Source: Octopus vulgaris
Lineage: Eukaryota
Assembly (NCBI GenBank): GCA_951406725.2
Contig: OX597818.1
Coordinates: 84,630,001 to 84,694,000 of the forward strand
Length of the DNA: 64,000 nucleotides
Direction of reading: 5' to 3'
Of the stretch, positions 26,960 through 41,263 are shown in pieces; positions within the stretch are counted from its first letter, which is position 1; each line of letters starts with the position of its first letter. The position numbers and the translations under genes are program-made. The notes beneath the pieces were generated by a model. That model was not told where the DNA came from. It saw only the letters and a list, made by a program, of their open reading frames with translations, and searched no databases.

Positions 26960-27693
26960 GACTTTGCGGTCCACCATTGCTGATGGCTGGAATTCTGGCG
27001 TTTTTGAGCCCACTGCAGACGTGCCCGTCGATGATGATCTGTAAGGATGGGGTCCCTAGCCGGAGGTCGACAAGCCAGATTGAGAGATCACAGCCGGCGG
27101 CGAACTGTCTCTACACAAATGGGTCTGTAGTGAGTCCCTATGGTCTGCTTAGCTGATTGCATTGCCCTCCGGGAACGGTCCTGCAAGGGCTGTCGGTGCA
27201 GGTGGCAGTCTTGATGTGCTGTTGTAACCCTCAGTCTGTCACTGCTTGGACGATTATCCGTACTATTTGTGGCATTGTATTGTTCCCTCAGCCGATCAAT
27301 TGTCCGAACACTGCAGTTCAAGTCATTAGCAATGATCCACGAACGTTGACGAGCATGGAGACTTCCGATTGCTTGCCTCCTCTAATTCCCTGTCAGTCTT
27401 GGCATGCTCGCTGCGTTCGGGAAACGAAAGATAGGCTGGTAAATTTGGGTGCCCCTTATACTCAATGAGTCGATGTTTTGCAAGTGCATCATGCTTTTCA
27501 TAAATATGCGTTCGTTAGCATTACCATGCTCACAAAAACGTAAGCGAGTTCGAACCCTACATGCAATCCTTGTGCTTTCAAAATGACATCTTCCTAATGT
27601 CAAATTACCTAGAAATGTAATAAAATTCATATATTCTCAATATCGTGTGTGAAACAAATAATCTTTTACAGTGCGACGTTTCTTTTGTAGTTC

Positions 27694-27695
<2 letters not shown>
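26960..27695 (-). mobile_element. Tc1-like transposon 5' remnant
   Basis: 'MPRLT...NCSVRTIDRLREQYNATNSTDNRPSSDRLRVTT...TVRRRL' resembles the Tc1 paired-like DNA-binding domain; contains stops. Confidence 0.75.
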
Positions 27696-27766
<71 letters not shown>

Positions 27767-27975
27767 GTGTTACTTGTTTCTATCATTGCCTGTTCATATA
27801 TTTTTAAGTCCGGTATTTATTCCAACATTCTCATTTACTGAAGCACAAATTTACGCGACGTAAACAAAGTAAAAAACAAACCATACACTCACGTACACTC
27901 ACAGGCTCATATATATATGTATGTGAGTATGTGTGTGTATATGTGTCTATGTGCCTGTGTGTGTATAAACATATG

Positions 27976-28010
<35 letters not shown>

Positions 28011-28949
28011 CTGTGTGTGTGTGTGTGTGTATAAACATATGTATATATATATATTTATATATATATATATATATATACTTAAATATACATATCTATACAC
28101 GTGTATGTTTATATATACATACACACACAAATGTATCTATATATGTGTGTATTGTACATTAACCTGAATTTTTAATGCTACTTAAAGGTACTTGCGTGGT
28201 GGAGTTAGGTAGGAAAATGTTGGATCATACAAAACCATCGATATAAGTAAAACAAAATACTAACCAGACACTGCTGTCACTTTTCAAACATCAGTACCTA
28301 CCCAAATCAGACGAGATAATGGTCTAAACGTAATTAAATATATTGAATTAGTGTTTAAGTACTATAAAATATACTCACTGAATATAAGCGCTCAATTAAT
28401 ATCATATCGTTAAACTTCAGTATATTGTTACAATGTAATAATGATAAGAGGAATGAATTTGCATATATTTGTAAAATTGGCTAAAATGAATGTCCTATTT
28501 TAAACATACAAATAACCGTCTATATACTGAATAAAAAAAATAAATACCCGTTTATTGAAACTTGTGTTGTCTGAACCCTTCTAAGCTAATTCATAAATTT
28601 AATTTATATCTAAGGGTAGTTATTGTTTTGTGGCTAAGAACCTCACTTTGCGACTAAAAGGTTTCGGGTTCGGTCTCACTGTGCGGTACGTCGTGTCTTC
28701 TACTGTCGCCCCGGGCCGACCAGTGCTTTGTCAGTAAATTTGACAGATGGAAACTGTGTGGGAGTTTATCGTATATACATACATGTATATATAATGGGGG
28801 CGATTTTTTCCTCAAGACAATGCCCCAGCATGGCCGCAATCTGATGAGTGAGATATGTAAAATAGAAAGCACTGATTAATTTTTTTATATAAGATTATAA
28901 ATACATGCCACTTCAGTTTATAAACATTGATCTTTAATTTTGTCGCAGG

Positions 28950-29500
28950 TCGAAAACGTTTGGATATAGAAGCCAATAGAAGATGAATTTGGTGAAGGTT
29001 TTTGATGTAACTTGGTATTAGGGTAAATGGCTAAGATGCTGATGTCAGATCCAGAAAATCATAAGCTTGGACAGCGTGTCATACAGTCAAGAGAATGTGA
29101 AAGTCAAGACCGTCAGGAGGTGCAAAAAGAATTTTTGCCATTGATGAGTCAGTCCACTTGTATGGCAGCAAAACATGGTCGCGTACCAAGCAAAGGCGAG
29201 TTTAAATGGCAGCTACATAAGGATGTGAGATCGCAGCCCTGAATGCAAAATCGCAGCAGCGTATGATCAATGACCATCTCCGTGGATGTCTGCAGAAGTG
29301 ACCAAGATGAGAAAACAACGTCTCCGTAAATCAGGTTATTGCATATGGCACCAGAAAGAAGACGCATCAAAACTTATGCTCTGCGACCCATAGCGTTGGA
29401 GACGCCGTCTGATATTTATCGACAAGCTGAAGGAGGACACGGAATTGGATTCTACCAACGAACTACAATTGGCGACGCTGGATCGAGATGCTCAGTGAAA
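28950..29500 (+). mobile_element. RTE-like LINE 3' remnant
   Basis: 'RKQRLRKSGYCIWHQKEDASKLML...FIDKLKEDTELD...LDRD' resembles the RTE C-terminus. Confidence 0.55.
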
Positions 29501-29729
29501 TGGCTTTGTCTTCGATAACTGGATGAGAGTCCCACCAAAGTAGTGTGTTGCCGACTATTGAGAGAAATAAACTCAAATTCAGCGGGTAGTGAACTCAAAA
29601 TATAAAGATTTATAAACAGACAGCGTAAGGTCATTCGTCTAACGTCCTATACATTCTGCCAAAATAGTTCTGTTATGCTCAGAGCTATTTATCCCTTTCT
29701 GCTATAGCCATAATGAAAGCCAGATAGTT

Positions 29730-30076
29730 ACTCTTGTTTTACTCTTTTATTTGTTTCAGTCATTTCACTGCCGCCATGCTGGAGCACCACCTTTTAGTCG
29801 AACAAATCGACCCCAGGACTTATTCTTTGTAAGCCTAGTACTTATACTATCGATCCCTTTTGCCGACCCACTAAGTTACAGGGACGTAAACCTACCAGCA
29901 TCCGTTGTCAAGCGATGGAGGGTGGACAAACACACAAATATGTACACACACATATACACATATACATATATATATTACATTAAAAATAATATACATATGT
30001 ATATAATTATATGTATATATATATACATATACACATATATGTATATATATACATATATATACACACACACACACAT

Positions 30077-30124
<48 letters not shown>

Positions 30125-30288
30125 GACGAGCTTCTTTCAATTTCTGTCAACCAAATCCACTCACAAGGTATTGGTAGGCCCGAGACTATTGTAGAAGACA
30201 CTTGCCCAAGGTGCCACGCAGCGGGACTGAATCCGGAACCTTGTGGTCGGTAAGCAAGCCACTTACCACACAGCCACTCCTGCGCCTA
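29730..30288 (-). mobile_element. tRNA-derived SINE with expanded internal microsatellite
   Basis: Reverse complement of the 26132-26552 family. Confidence 0.85.
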
Positions 30289-30916
30289 TGTAAATCTTAT
30301 TAAGAAGGGGGCGAAAGAGAAAAACAGTATTTAACAATTCAGCTTCCTCTTTATGCTGACGTATTACATCCCAAAGACTGGTCATTTCACAACTGATAAC
30401 AAAACACCTTATGTAAGAATAAAATCTAAAATACGAATTCTGAAATTTCCGTTGTAACCATTCCTTCATTGTCAGCGAAAAAATCCGACCGAGATGAAAA
30501 TGGAAGAAAAGATAAGAGAAGGGGGTTGAGAAGGTACATGCATTTCATTTTGTTTCATACTTTTGTTTTATTTTATAACCTGAGAATTGTAGTAAATTTC
30601 GTTGTCGTTGATGTTGTTATTGCTGATGGTTGTTGTCGTTTTAAGTAAAGGAAATAGAATGTGCCAACGAAATAATGCTGTCGTTGATAACCACCAGTGG
30701 TAGCATGGCAAATAACAGGCACCTGGTGAGTCATTTTATTCATAGGCGGCTGTCAAGAAGTAATATATAATATATATGTATTATAAGTGTATATACATAC
30801 CTATGTGTGTGCGCGGGCGTTTGTGTATGTATATATATATATGTGTGTGTGTGTATATATATATTCAATGTATATGTATGGTAATATGTATGTATGTATA
30901 TATATTATATTTCATG

Positions 30917-30948
<32 letters not shown>

Positions 30949-31314
30949 TATATATATATATAATATTATATATATATGTATATGCATGTATGTATACGTA
31001 CATGTTAATATGTATGTGTGTGTGTGTGTGTGGATAGATAGATCGATCGATTGATCGATAGATAGAGAGATAGATAGATACATTTCTGTCCAGGATGTTT
31101 TTTGACCTGTGTTTGTATGCTACCAATTGTAACTTTGTCCCCTTTGAGTTTCACCGTTTCCAAAAATTATTTCACGTTGTCTCGAAGTTTCAAAATCCTT
31201 ATGACGTCAACAATATATATATATATAAATATATATATACGTATACATATATATGTATGTATACATACGTATATATATATGTATATATATATATATATAT
31301 ATATTAAGGTATGT

Positions 31315-31945
31315 AGAAAAATACAACATGGACAAGAACGTATAACTCTTAGAAGACGACACAATAAACACGGACAGGACATTCGAAACCCTCAGTCTTC
31401 AGTCAAGAACCGGATCACCGTAGTAACCTCGGCTGACCAATCCTGAGATCACTAGACCCGGCTAGCCCTCCAAGAAAAACCAAGCAACGAGCATTAGAAA
31501 AACCAAGCTGGGAGCGTAGACCTCCTGGAAGAAGGATCGAATGCATACGAACACCGGGACAGCAAAAAGGACGAATATAAAAGGCAAAAAACAATAATGG
31601 AATACAGAAACATGAAACACAGAAGCATTAACGGTGAAAACAACAAGTGTCTTACGACTGATAACAAGCAAACAAATTTTCTCTGGCGCATTTTGGAAAG
31701 GAGCCTTATCGGCGATGCCTTGGCGGCGGACGAAAAACAACGATGTTAACACGTCGCTAGTCGGAAGCTGAGAGACAGATTTCGGCCAGCGGTCACGTGA
31801 CAGAGAAGAGAGAAAAGAAAAGAAAGAGAAGCAAAGGAAGGAAGAGAGAGAGAGAAGAGAGAGAGAGGAGGGACAAACGCAACAGGGGGAGAGAAGAGAG
31901 AGAAAGAAGGAATCAGAGAGGAGAAGGGATGGGTGTCGAAGATTG
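31315..31945 (-). mobile_element. Non-coding interspersed repeat related to 49229-50305
   Basis: Shares TCTAATGCTC...TTTTTCTTG..GGGCT..CC, CAGCCGA, TTGACTGA..A, CGAATG..C.GTCC and a (TA)n terminus. Confidence 0.55.
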
Positions 31946-32263
31946 ACCTATATATATAAAATATATATGTATGTATACATATATATATGTGTGTGTGTGT
32001 GCAACGTATATTGCTTGTCATTTATTTGCGATAAACATATTCCCAAAAACATTGTTTCTGAAAATCCAATTCTAAGTTCTATGACTGTTGTTTACTAACT
32101 TTATGTACGCAAGAAAATTTCTAATAAAAATTCTATTTTTAATTTTATTTATTTACTTATTTATTCATTTATTTATTTGCCACCCCAGGAAGTACACGAA
32201 TTGAAAAATCTGTTGAATAACATATTACTCGATAAGAATATATATGTGTGTGTGTATCCACAT

Positions 32264-32354
<91 letters not shown>

Positions 32355-32376
32355 TTGTAAATTTTTCATTGAGTTC

Positions 32377-32782
32377 ATTCGTTTGTTTATTTATTTATTG
32401 AATTTCGATAGAAGCAGTCTTACAACTAGAATCTAGAGTCTCGAAGACATTGCAGGTGTGATATTAATTAGCCGTTAAATAGATCAGTTGGGAATTTACA
32501 CCAAAACTGTCCACTATTTGAAAAAGACCTTCACCCTTGATTGTCATACAGGTGGATGTGAATTATATATAAGGCATCCCCAGCATGGCCACAGTCTAAC
32601 GACTGAAATAAGTAAAAAATATATATATATATATAAGGTTGTCCCAAAAGTTCGTAGAAAGTCTTGGAAAATAATGGTCTTTATTTTGAGGAATAATTTT
32701 TGTTGTTTTTGTTAGTATTTGGCGAGTAAAAATTCAATTTTCGCAAGTGTTTACGAACTTTTGGGACAACCTAATATATATA

Positions 32783-32818
<36 letters not shown>

Positions 32819-33022
32819 TGTATGTATGTATGTATGCATGTATGTATTTATGTATGTATGTAAGCATGTATGCATGTATATAAGCGAGTATGGGTGTATG
32901 GGAGGGAGTTATGAAAAGCTCCTGGCGTCGAGAGTATTCATTTCTACTCTCGGCACAAGGCTCGAACCTTTTGGGGGGGGGGGGACCAGTCGATTAGATC
33001 GACCTCAGTACGCAACTATATT

Positions 33023-33087
<65 letters not shown>

Positions 33088-33687
33088 TTGTGTGTTTGTG
33101 TGTGTGTTAGTGTGTATACACGACAGGCTTCTATCAGTCTTTGTCTAACAAATCCATTCACAAGGCTTTTAGTCGGCCCGAGTCTATAGTAAAAGACATT
33201 CTTCCAAGGTTCCACGCAGCGGAACTGAACCCTGTACGATGTGGCTGGGAAGCAAGCTTCGTCTTATTGTTCAAGTGTACAAAAAACAAAAGGCAGAGAC
33301 AGGTAAGGAAACAACAAACAAGCCCTATTTAGTTTGACGTACGGGAAAATTTGAAAAGTCTTCGTCATTTCAAACCTACACTCTTCCACAGAAATGAATG
33401 AGGAACAAAAGCAAAAAAAAAAAGGAGAGAAAAATGGCGATTGCTCCAACTTCACAGATGATTTCCTTCTCTTTGTGCATCTCCGTTTTCAATCGCACCC
33501 TTGACTTTCCTTTTCACTGAGATGATTCGTCTGTTTATTTACTAATTTATTGAATTTCGATAGAAGCAGACTAACAACTAGAATCGAGAGTCTCGAAGAC
33601 ATTGCAGGTGTGACATTAATTAGTCGTTAAGAAGATCAGTTGGAAATTAATACCAAAACTGTTACTATTTGAAAAAGACTTTCACCC
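32377..33687 (+). repeat. ~160-bp direct repeat pair (32377-32536 and 33525-33687)
   Basis: TTGAATTTCGATAGAAGCAG...GAGTCTCGAAGACATTGCAGGTGTGA...TTTGAAAAAGAC occurs twice. Confidence 0.85.
32634..32774. mobile_element. Mariner-type MITE
   Basis: 21-bp perfect TIR AGGTTGTCCCAAAAGTTCGTA / TACGAACTTTTGGGACAACCT, inserted in (TA)n. Confidence 0.85.
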
Positions 33688-34050
33688 GTAACTTCTCAGG
33701 TGACTATACAGTCCTGTTGCAAATCCGTATGGATTCCAAATGGTTTGGTCTGAACTCGATGTCATTCTTCTATCGTCATAGGACTTTCGGTGTGTAGAAT
33801 GATGAATGATGTCTGTACGTCATTGCATTATCGGGATAAACGTTTGACAACGATGTTGGCGTGTTTGCGTCCCTGTAACGTAGCGGTTCGGCAAAAAAAG
33901 AATGATGGAATAAGTATTAGGCTTTAAAAAATAAGTTCTGGTGTTGATTCATTCGTCTAAAAATCTATTTAAGGTGGTGCCCCAGCATGGCAGCAGTCAA
34001 ATAACTGAAACGAGTAAAATAAATAAATAAATAAATGCTATAAAGTCATG

Positions 34051-34368
34051 AGTGGAGGCGCAATGGTGCAATGGCCCAGTGGTTAGGGCAGCGGACTCGC
34101 GGTCGGAGGATCGTGGTTTCGATTCCCAGACTGGGTGTTGTGTGTGTTTATTGAACGAAAACACCTAAAAGCTCCACGAAGCTCCAGGTGGGGTGGCGAC
34201 ACCTGTTGTACTCTTTCGCCCCAACTTTCTCTCACTCTCTCTTCCTGTTTCTTGAGTAATGCTGCGATGAACTGGCGTCTCGTCCAGCTGGGGTGGGGGT
34301 ACACATACGCCACAGAAACCGGGTAACCGGGCCATGATCTAGGCTTAAAAAGGGCGACATTTATCGTT
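34051..34368 (+). mobile_element. tRNA-derived SINE with 12-bp target-site duplication
   Basis: TGGCCCAGTGG and GGTTTCGATTCC boxes; TSD TATAAAGTCATG at 34039-34050 and 34369-34380. Confidence 0.9.
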
Positions 34369-35159
34369 TATAAAGTCATGGGGTTTGAGAGGTGACTTCC
34401 ATAGGATTATATCTTCTATCCGTTTCGGTCATTAGACTACGGTCATGCTGGAGTACCACCATGAAAAATTGTAGTCGAATGAATCTACTCCAGAACTTTT
34501 CTATTTTTTTTATATTCACATAATTTTATATTTTGGATTTTCTGGATTTTGGCATTGTTGAAAGCCGAGTCCACAAGCGGAGCTTCGAATCCTCACCCTT
34601 CTCATAGTGGGGGAACCTATCACTCAGAATCCGGTTATCTATGAGAGCAGTTACATGTCATATCAACGGCAAGATTACTAAAGCAATATCTCATTTGCAT
34701 CAATAAAAAAAAAGAACACCCGGATCTCAGACAGAATGGAATAAACACCAGACTAAAGAAAGAAAAAAAAATGCGGGGTGAATTGGCATCTATTTCTAGC
34801 AGGATGAGCTCCGCAGAAGACCATGAAGGGATCGCAATGAATCTGTTTCTCTGAGTTGTTATTAACAAAGAACCTTCAGTTCATATCCGTATAGTACACA
34901 ATAACGGCACCAACGGAAAACAAGCAAACTTCCCTGTTTGTTGTTCAAAAACTTCAGTTGCAACAAATTCTACAGATTCTTTAGATTAATTAACCAATAA
35001 TTAGCAGCTGATTCAAATGAGAAGGCAGCATCTAAGGGTGATTAAGTGTGTCTGTGTCTCGATATTTGTCTATGTGGCGGCGGTGGGGTGTCTTACTATG
35101 TTTGCGATTTCAACAATTCTATTGTGTTTCTGTGTCAGGTCTATTGTTTGACTTTGTAT

Positions 35160-36191
35160 GTTGATGTATGTGTGTGTGCGTGTGTGTGAGTGCATGTGTG
35201 TGTGCCTGTGTGTGTATGTGTGTGCGTGTATATGTATGTTTGAGTTTATGCGTGTGTATTTGCTTTTATGAGTTACATGTAGATGTTTCTTCTTGCAAAT
35301 TGTGTGTGTGTGTGTGTGTGTGTATTCGTGTATATGTGTGTCTGAGTTTGCGTGCGTGTGTATTTGTATTCGTCAGTTGTGTGTATATGTTTCTTATTGT
35401 AACTTGTGTGTGTGTGTGTGTTCAACTACAATTCTATTGTAGGCGTATATGAGTTACACTCCGTGGCAGTCTTATGGTTTTGTGTTTATGTGTGAAGTGT
35501 GTGTACGTAAGTATGTGTGTATATGTGTATGCTTGTATGTATGTAACTGTTTGACTTCTTTTACTTTACAGTGTGCGTTTGTATGGGAATTTTATGATGT
35601 GTGTGTATGTGTGTGATTACTCCAAACTTCACCAATTTTATTGATTGTATGTGTGTGTATCTATGGAAATTTTTATAACGTATATGCTCATATGCGTGTG
35701 TTTGTGTATGTGTGTATATGTGCGTATGTGTGTGAACGTATTTGTATGTGTGTGTGTATGTGTTTATCTAACACTTCCACAATCTTGTGTGCATATGTAT
35801 GGAAATTGTATGATTTGTTTGCGCCTATATATGTGTGAGTGTGTGTGTGTGTATGTGTGCATTTATGTGTGTGCATATATATATATGCGTGTATATCTTG
35901 TGTTATGTGTTCGTGTATGCGTGTGTGTGTTTATCTTAAATTTCACTTATCTTATTGTGTGGGTATGGGAATTAATGATGTATTTGTGTATATGTATGAG
36001 CTTGTGTGGGTGTGATTTAATGTGTGTGCATGTCTAAGACTTCATGTATCTTATGTGTGCGTATGTATACGTATTCTATTATGTGTTTGTGTATACATCT
36101 GTGTGTGTCTATATCTGTGTGAATGTGAGTGTGCCTGTGAGTGTGTGTTTGTGTGTGTGCTTGTGTGTGCACTTGTATGTGTGTGTGTGCT

Positions 36192-36245
<54 letters not shown>

Positions 36246-36260
36246 CGCGCGCGTGCGTGT
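35160..36260. repeat. Degenerate (TG)n field
   Basis: Seen directly. Confidence 0.9.
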
Positions 36261-37000
36261 GGTCCTTACAATTCCAGTGGTATGATCTTAGAAATGAAGT
36301 GTTACTACAATGCAGTAAAAACATCCATTAAATGTGAAGTATGTGTTTGCAAAAGAAAGAGAGAAACACGGAAAGATAGAGCGAAAGAAAGACACAAAGT
36401 GAAGGAGAGAGAGATAGGCATAGACAAAGAGAGAGAGAGATAGAGAGAGAGAGTGAGTGAGGGAGTGAGATGGCGGACGAGAAAGAGAGGCTAACGAAAG
36501 AAAATGAAGACTCGATACATATACGAAGTTTTATTCATTTGTTCGTCGATAAAAGCTGTACATAACTCAGTCGCTTTATATAACTCACCATATTGGCATT
36601 TCAATTAATTATTTCTGTAATAAGAGAATATTTCAAGCTTGGCTTCTTTCTATATCTCTGTGCAGTGAGAACGATGCATGCTTTCTCAGTCAGACAGACT
36701 TATTTATATATCAATTAATAAGTATCTAGAACGGATTATTATGTGGTGGGGGTAGATTTGGCAATTAGTGCTTGGGAGAAATTAAGTGATACACCATAAA
36801 GCATATGAATGAAATAAACGAAATAATTCGTTTTTATATGGAAAATGAGAGTTTAGACGTGAATGCACCGAAGCAGAAGGGGAAACAAGTAGGATGATCT
36901 CACCATCCTTCGATGGCTCAGCTTACACGTTTTATAACGCACAAAAATTGTTTTGGAGTAAAGTTTGCAAAATAAAACTGTTCTATTACAATTCATGTGC

Positions 37001-37045
<45 letters not shown>

Positions 37046-37077
37046 ACGTATATATATATATACATATACATACACAC

Positions 37078-37116
<39 letters not shown>

Positions 37117-37914
37117 CGTTTATACATACAAACATATATATTTACGTACATACAAACATACATGCATGTACATATACTTAAATATATGCATAAGCAGATC
37201 TTTGCCTTTCATCTCGGACTGCGGCTACGTTGGGGCATTGCCTTGAAGGGTTTAGCCGAACAAATGGAACTCATTACTTATTCTAAAGCCTGCTCTTTAT
37301 TCTATCGATATCTTTTACCAAACAAAGGACAGTAGCAATCAACTAACGATTATTTTGGCTGGAAAGAAAGTCCTGTCGCATTGCATGATATGAAAACAAA
37401 CAACTGTTTTTTCGCTTTAAATTGTTATATGTAATCATGATATTATCTCCCTTTATTGTCAATAATATATCCCCTTCTATTTAACAAATTGTTGAGTCCC
37501 TCGTGCGTAAAATTATTTAGCAAAGAAACACTCAATATCATTTGTAATCTCTTCGCAATTCGTTAATAGTTTACCTTGTAAATAATGTTACAATCATCTG
37601 AAAAGATTATAGCACATTTTGCTTTGGATTTTCCTCAACTACAGTTCTCAGAAATTCAATATTGACTGAACGTTTTCGTCCAGATCGAGGGTAATTTGCG
37701 TGAGGCCAAACCATGATTGGCATATCTGAACGCTTAAAGCTTCATTTCAGAATGAATATTTCTTGCCGCTTCTTATTGCTAAAGCGTTCATTTGCATTCA
37801 TACAACATGCAAAGCTTGATATGAGTCTGATCTAAACTAAATAAGTAAAATCGATATGAATTTAATTGCTAAGGTAAAAAGTAATCAACGAAGAAAGATA
37901 AATCATTTGAATGT

Positions 37915-38365
37915 AAATATCGGTTTGGAATTTTGCCACAAGGGCAGTAGTTTCGGGGGAGAGGGTACGTCGATCACATTTATCCTAGTGATCGACTGGT
38001 ATCTATTTTATCGACCTCGAGAGTATAAAAAGCAATGTCGACCTCGGTGGCATTTGAACTCAGAACATAAAGACGGACAAAAGGCCGCTAAGCATTTTGC
38101 CCCGCGTGTTAACGATTCTGTCAGCTCGCCGCCTATTAGAATGTAAATATTGATTTCAAATATTGGCACAAAGCCAGCAATTTCCGGGAGGGATGTTAGT
38201 TAATTACATCAATCCCAGTTCTCAACTGAAACTTATTTTATCGACCATGAATGGATGAAAGGCAAAGTCGACTTCTACGGAATTTGAACTCAGAATATAA
38301 AGGCGGGCGTAATGCTGCTAAGCATTTCTCCTGTTGTGATAACGATTCTGCCAGCTCGCTGCCTG
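37915..38365 (-). mobile_element. Two tandem SINE copies
   Basis: Repeated GGCAAAGTCGAC..ATTTGAACTCAGAA..GCTAAGCATTT..AACGATTCTG unit, also at 47265-47478 and 62190-63320. Confidence 0.75.
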
Positions 38366-38379
38366 TAAGAGAGTAAATA

Positions 38380-38641
38380 ATAAATAATAAATGCGCCCTT
38401 TTAAAGCCTAACCAGGCTCATGGGCCCGGTTTCCCGGTTTCTATGGCGTATGTGCTCCCCAGCTGGGCGGGACACCAGTCCATCGCAGCGTTACTCATTT
38501 TTGCCAGCTGAGTGGGCTGGAGCAACGTGAAATGAAGTGTTTTGCTCAAGAACACAACGCATCGCCCGGTCCAGGAACCGAAACCACAATCTTACGATCA
38601 TAATGCTGACACCCTAACCACTAAGTCACGCGCCTCCACTA
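38380..38641 (-). mobile_element. tRNA-derived SINE with 14-bp TSD (same family as 34051)
   Basis: TSD TAAGAGAGTAAATA at 38366-38379 and 38642-38655. Confidence 0.9.
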
Positions 38642-39357
38642 TAAGAGAGTAAATATTAATACTTACTTCGCTGTAAAAAGTACTTTTAAAATGGTCGTGT
38701 CAATAATGTGACAAGGTTTCTTTCCAGCCTAATAGATATTTAGGATATATTTCCTTACCCCAACTTCGGTCTCCCACATATTTCCGCTGTGTCTATGAGA
38801 AAACGTTCCCAACGTCCCTCACCGTTCCGGAAATCAACATTCTTTTACTGCTTCTTATTACACATAAGATAACGTGAATAATGCTACATGAGACACCCAC
38901 TGCAATCCACCGTAGCACCTTTAACTTCACAATGAGAATATTTTGCAACAGTCAGCCAATACATACCGTAATATCGAGGCGGGGTGCTGTGGAAACACTT
39001 GAGGACAGTACACGCATACCATATACACACAAGTGTGTACGACTCTGTAAGCATGTATATATATATTTTTACATACATATGCTTTGTTGAATATAACTTC
39101 ATATATGTGTGTGTGTGTGTGTGTATACATATGTATTTATATATTCACATATTTGTGTATACACATGTATGTATGTATTATATATGTATGTATGTGTGTA
39201 GGTATGTATGTATGTATGTATGTATGTGGTGTACAGAATGTATATATTAAGAAAAAGAAGGTTGTCAAGATCTGGATAAAAACTTTTCGTTTATCCCTTT
39301 CGTCTCTCTAAGAGACGAAAATTCATACCTTTTATACATATGTCAATTGTATGCCCA

Positions 39358-39645
39358 CGAGCATATGGCGTAGTGGTTAACAGAGCGGGCTATTAACCCC
39401 AAGATTCCGAGTTCGATTCCAGGAAGTAACCTAAATAATAACAATAATAATAATAATAATGATGACAACAACAACGAAAAATACCCTAGGAATGAGAACC
39501 CAGGTTCGAAATTTTCCCTAAGACACCTAATGAAGACTTGGAGGGTATATCTGCCGAAAAGTTGTGCTAACAACAAACAAGATGAGGACAAATATCCGTC
39601 AAATGTAAATAATGTGCATAATTCCTCATCTCTTAAATATAGAAC
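39358..39645 (+). mobile_element. tRNA-headed SINE-like element with (AAT)n spacer and hammerhead-like 3' region
   Basis: A box TGGCGTAGTGG at 39366, B box GAGTTCGATTCC at 39409; CAC CTAATGA A ... GAAA AG TT GTG at 39524-39566. Confidence 0.65.
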
Positions 39646-39994
39646 GGTATTATATGTCAGTTCAAGAAGAAACTGGATATGAATTTGTTTGCTTGGGTTT
39701 CGGAAAGAGGATGGATGGTTTAGGAGTGTTTTTTGTTCAATTCCTGACTACCGTATATGTGTGTGCGTATGTGTGTGTGTGCGCGCGTGTGTGTGTATGT
39801 GTGTGTGCGCGCGTGTGTGTGGGTCTGATGAATAGTGAGATACATAATTCAAAACAGGACATGAACATTATAAATATCGCCTTCCTTTTCCTCTAATTAC
39901 TCGAAAGCATCACACATTTATATAGGAAAATATTACATGGACCGAGATTCTAACATACACGAGCGCACGCATGTACACACACACATACACACAC

Positions 39995-40985
39995 ATACTC
40001 ACTCATGCAAGCTCTCCATACACACACACATACTCATTCATACAAGCTCTCCACACGCACACGCACACTCATACAGACATACACACTCAGACATACACAC
40101 TCACACATACTCATAGAAGCTCTCTCCTCACACGCACGCGCGCGCGCACACACTCTCTCTCACACACACACACTCACACACATACTCATAAAGCTCTCCG
40201 CACGCACACACACACTCACACATACTCATACAAGCTCTCTCTCCACACACACACACGCACACACACTCACACACACACATTCACACACATACTCATACAA
40301 GCTCTCCACACGCACAGACCCACACACACATGCACACTCACACGTACTCACTCATACAAGCTCTCTCCACACACACACACACTCACACACACACACATTC
40401 ACACACATTCACACACATACTCATAGAAGCTCTCCACACGCACAGACCCACACACACATGCACACTCGCACGTACTCACTCATACAAGCTCTCTCCACAC
40501 ACACACACACACTCACACACACACACATTCACACACATACTCATACAAGCTCTTCACACGCACACACACACTCACACACACACACACACTCACACATACT
40601 CACTCATAGAAGCTCTCTCCACACACACACACTCTCACACACACACATTCACACACATACTCATACAAGCTCTTCACACGTACACACACACACACTCACA
40701 CACACACTCACACATACTCACTCATACAAGCTCTCTCCACACACACACACTTTCACACACACACATTCACACGCATACTCATACAAGCTCTCCACACGCA
40801 CACACACACTCACACACACACTCACACATACTCACTCATACAAGCTCTCTCCACACACACACACACATTCACACACATACTCATACAAGCTCTTCACACG
40901 CACACACATACTCACACACACACACACACACACTCACACATACTCATACAAGCTCTTCACACACAAGCACACACACACATACTTA
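39995..40985 (+). repeat. Minisatellite: CATACTCATACAAGCTCT anchor alternating with variable (CA)n
   Basis: About 18 recurrences of the AAGCTCT anchor. Confidence 0.9.
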
Positions 40986-41263
40986 AACAAACTCTCCACA
41001 CCACACACAACATATACATTCGTATCTGCAAAAATCGGAAAAAACAGTGAAAACATTGTTATTATAAAAGATTTTAGTCTGCTACCGTTCTGAAGTTGCT
41101 TACCCCACTTCAATAGCATGATGGATCGGGGAGGCACTTACACTTTGGGAGTGTGATTAGTGGCAAAAGAGTAGGAAGTGTAGGAGTTATTGAATAAACA
41201 AACTTGGAGGAAATTTAAATTAACAGCTACCTGGAAATAAGTCTGAGGCGTTATTATGATATA

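Noticed and set aside
39358-39430. Possible tRNA gene (also 34051-34130 and other SINE heads)
   Set aside because: A and B boxes are present but there is no proper acceptor stem or cloverleaf, and SINE bodies follow.
39995-40985. CRISPR-like repeat-spacer appearance
   Set aside because: Spacers are (CA)n rather than unique sequence, there are no cas genes, and the context is eukaryotic.
40005-41093. 362-aa His/Thr-rich ORF
   Set aside because: Stop-free reading of a CA-rich minisatellite with no domain signal.
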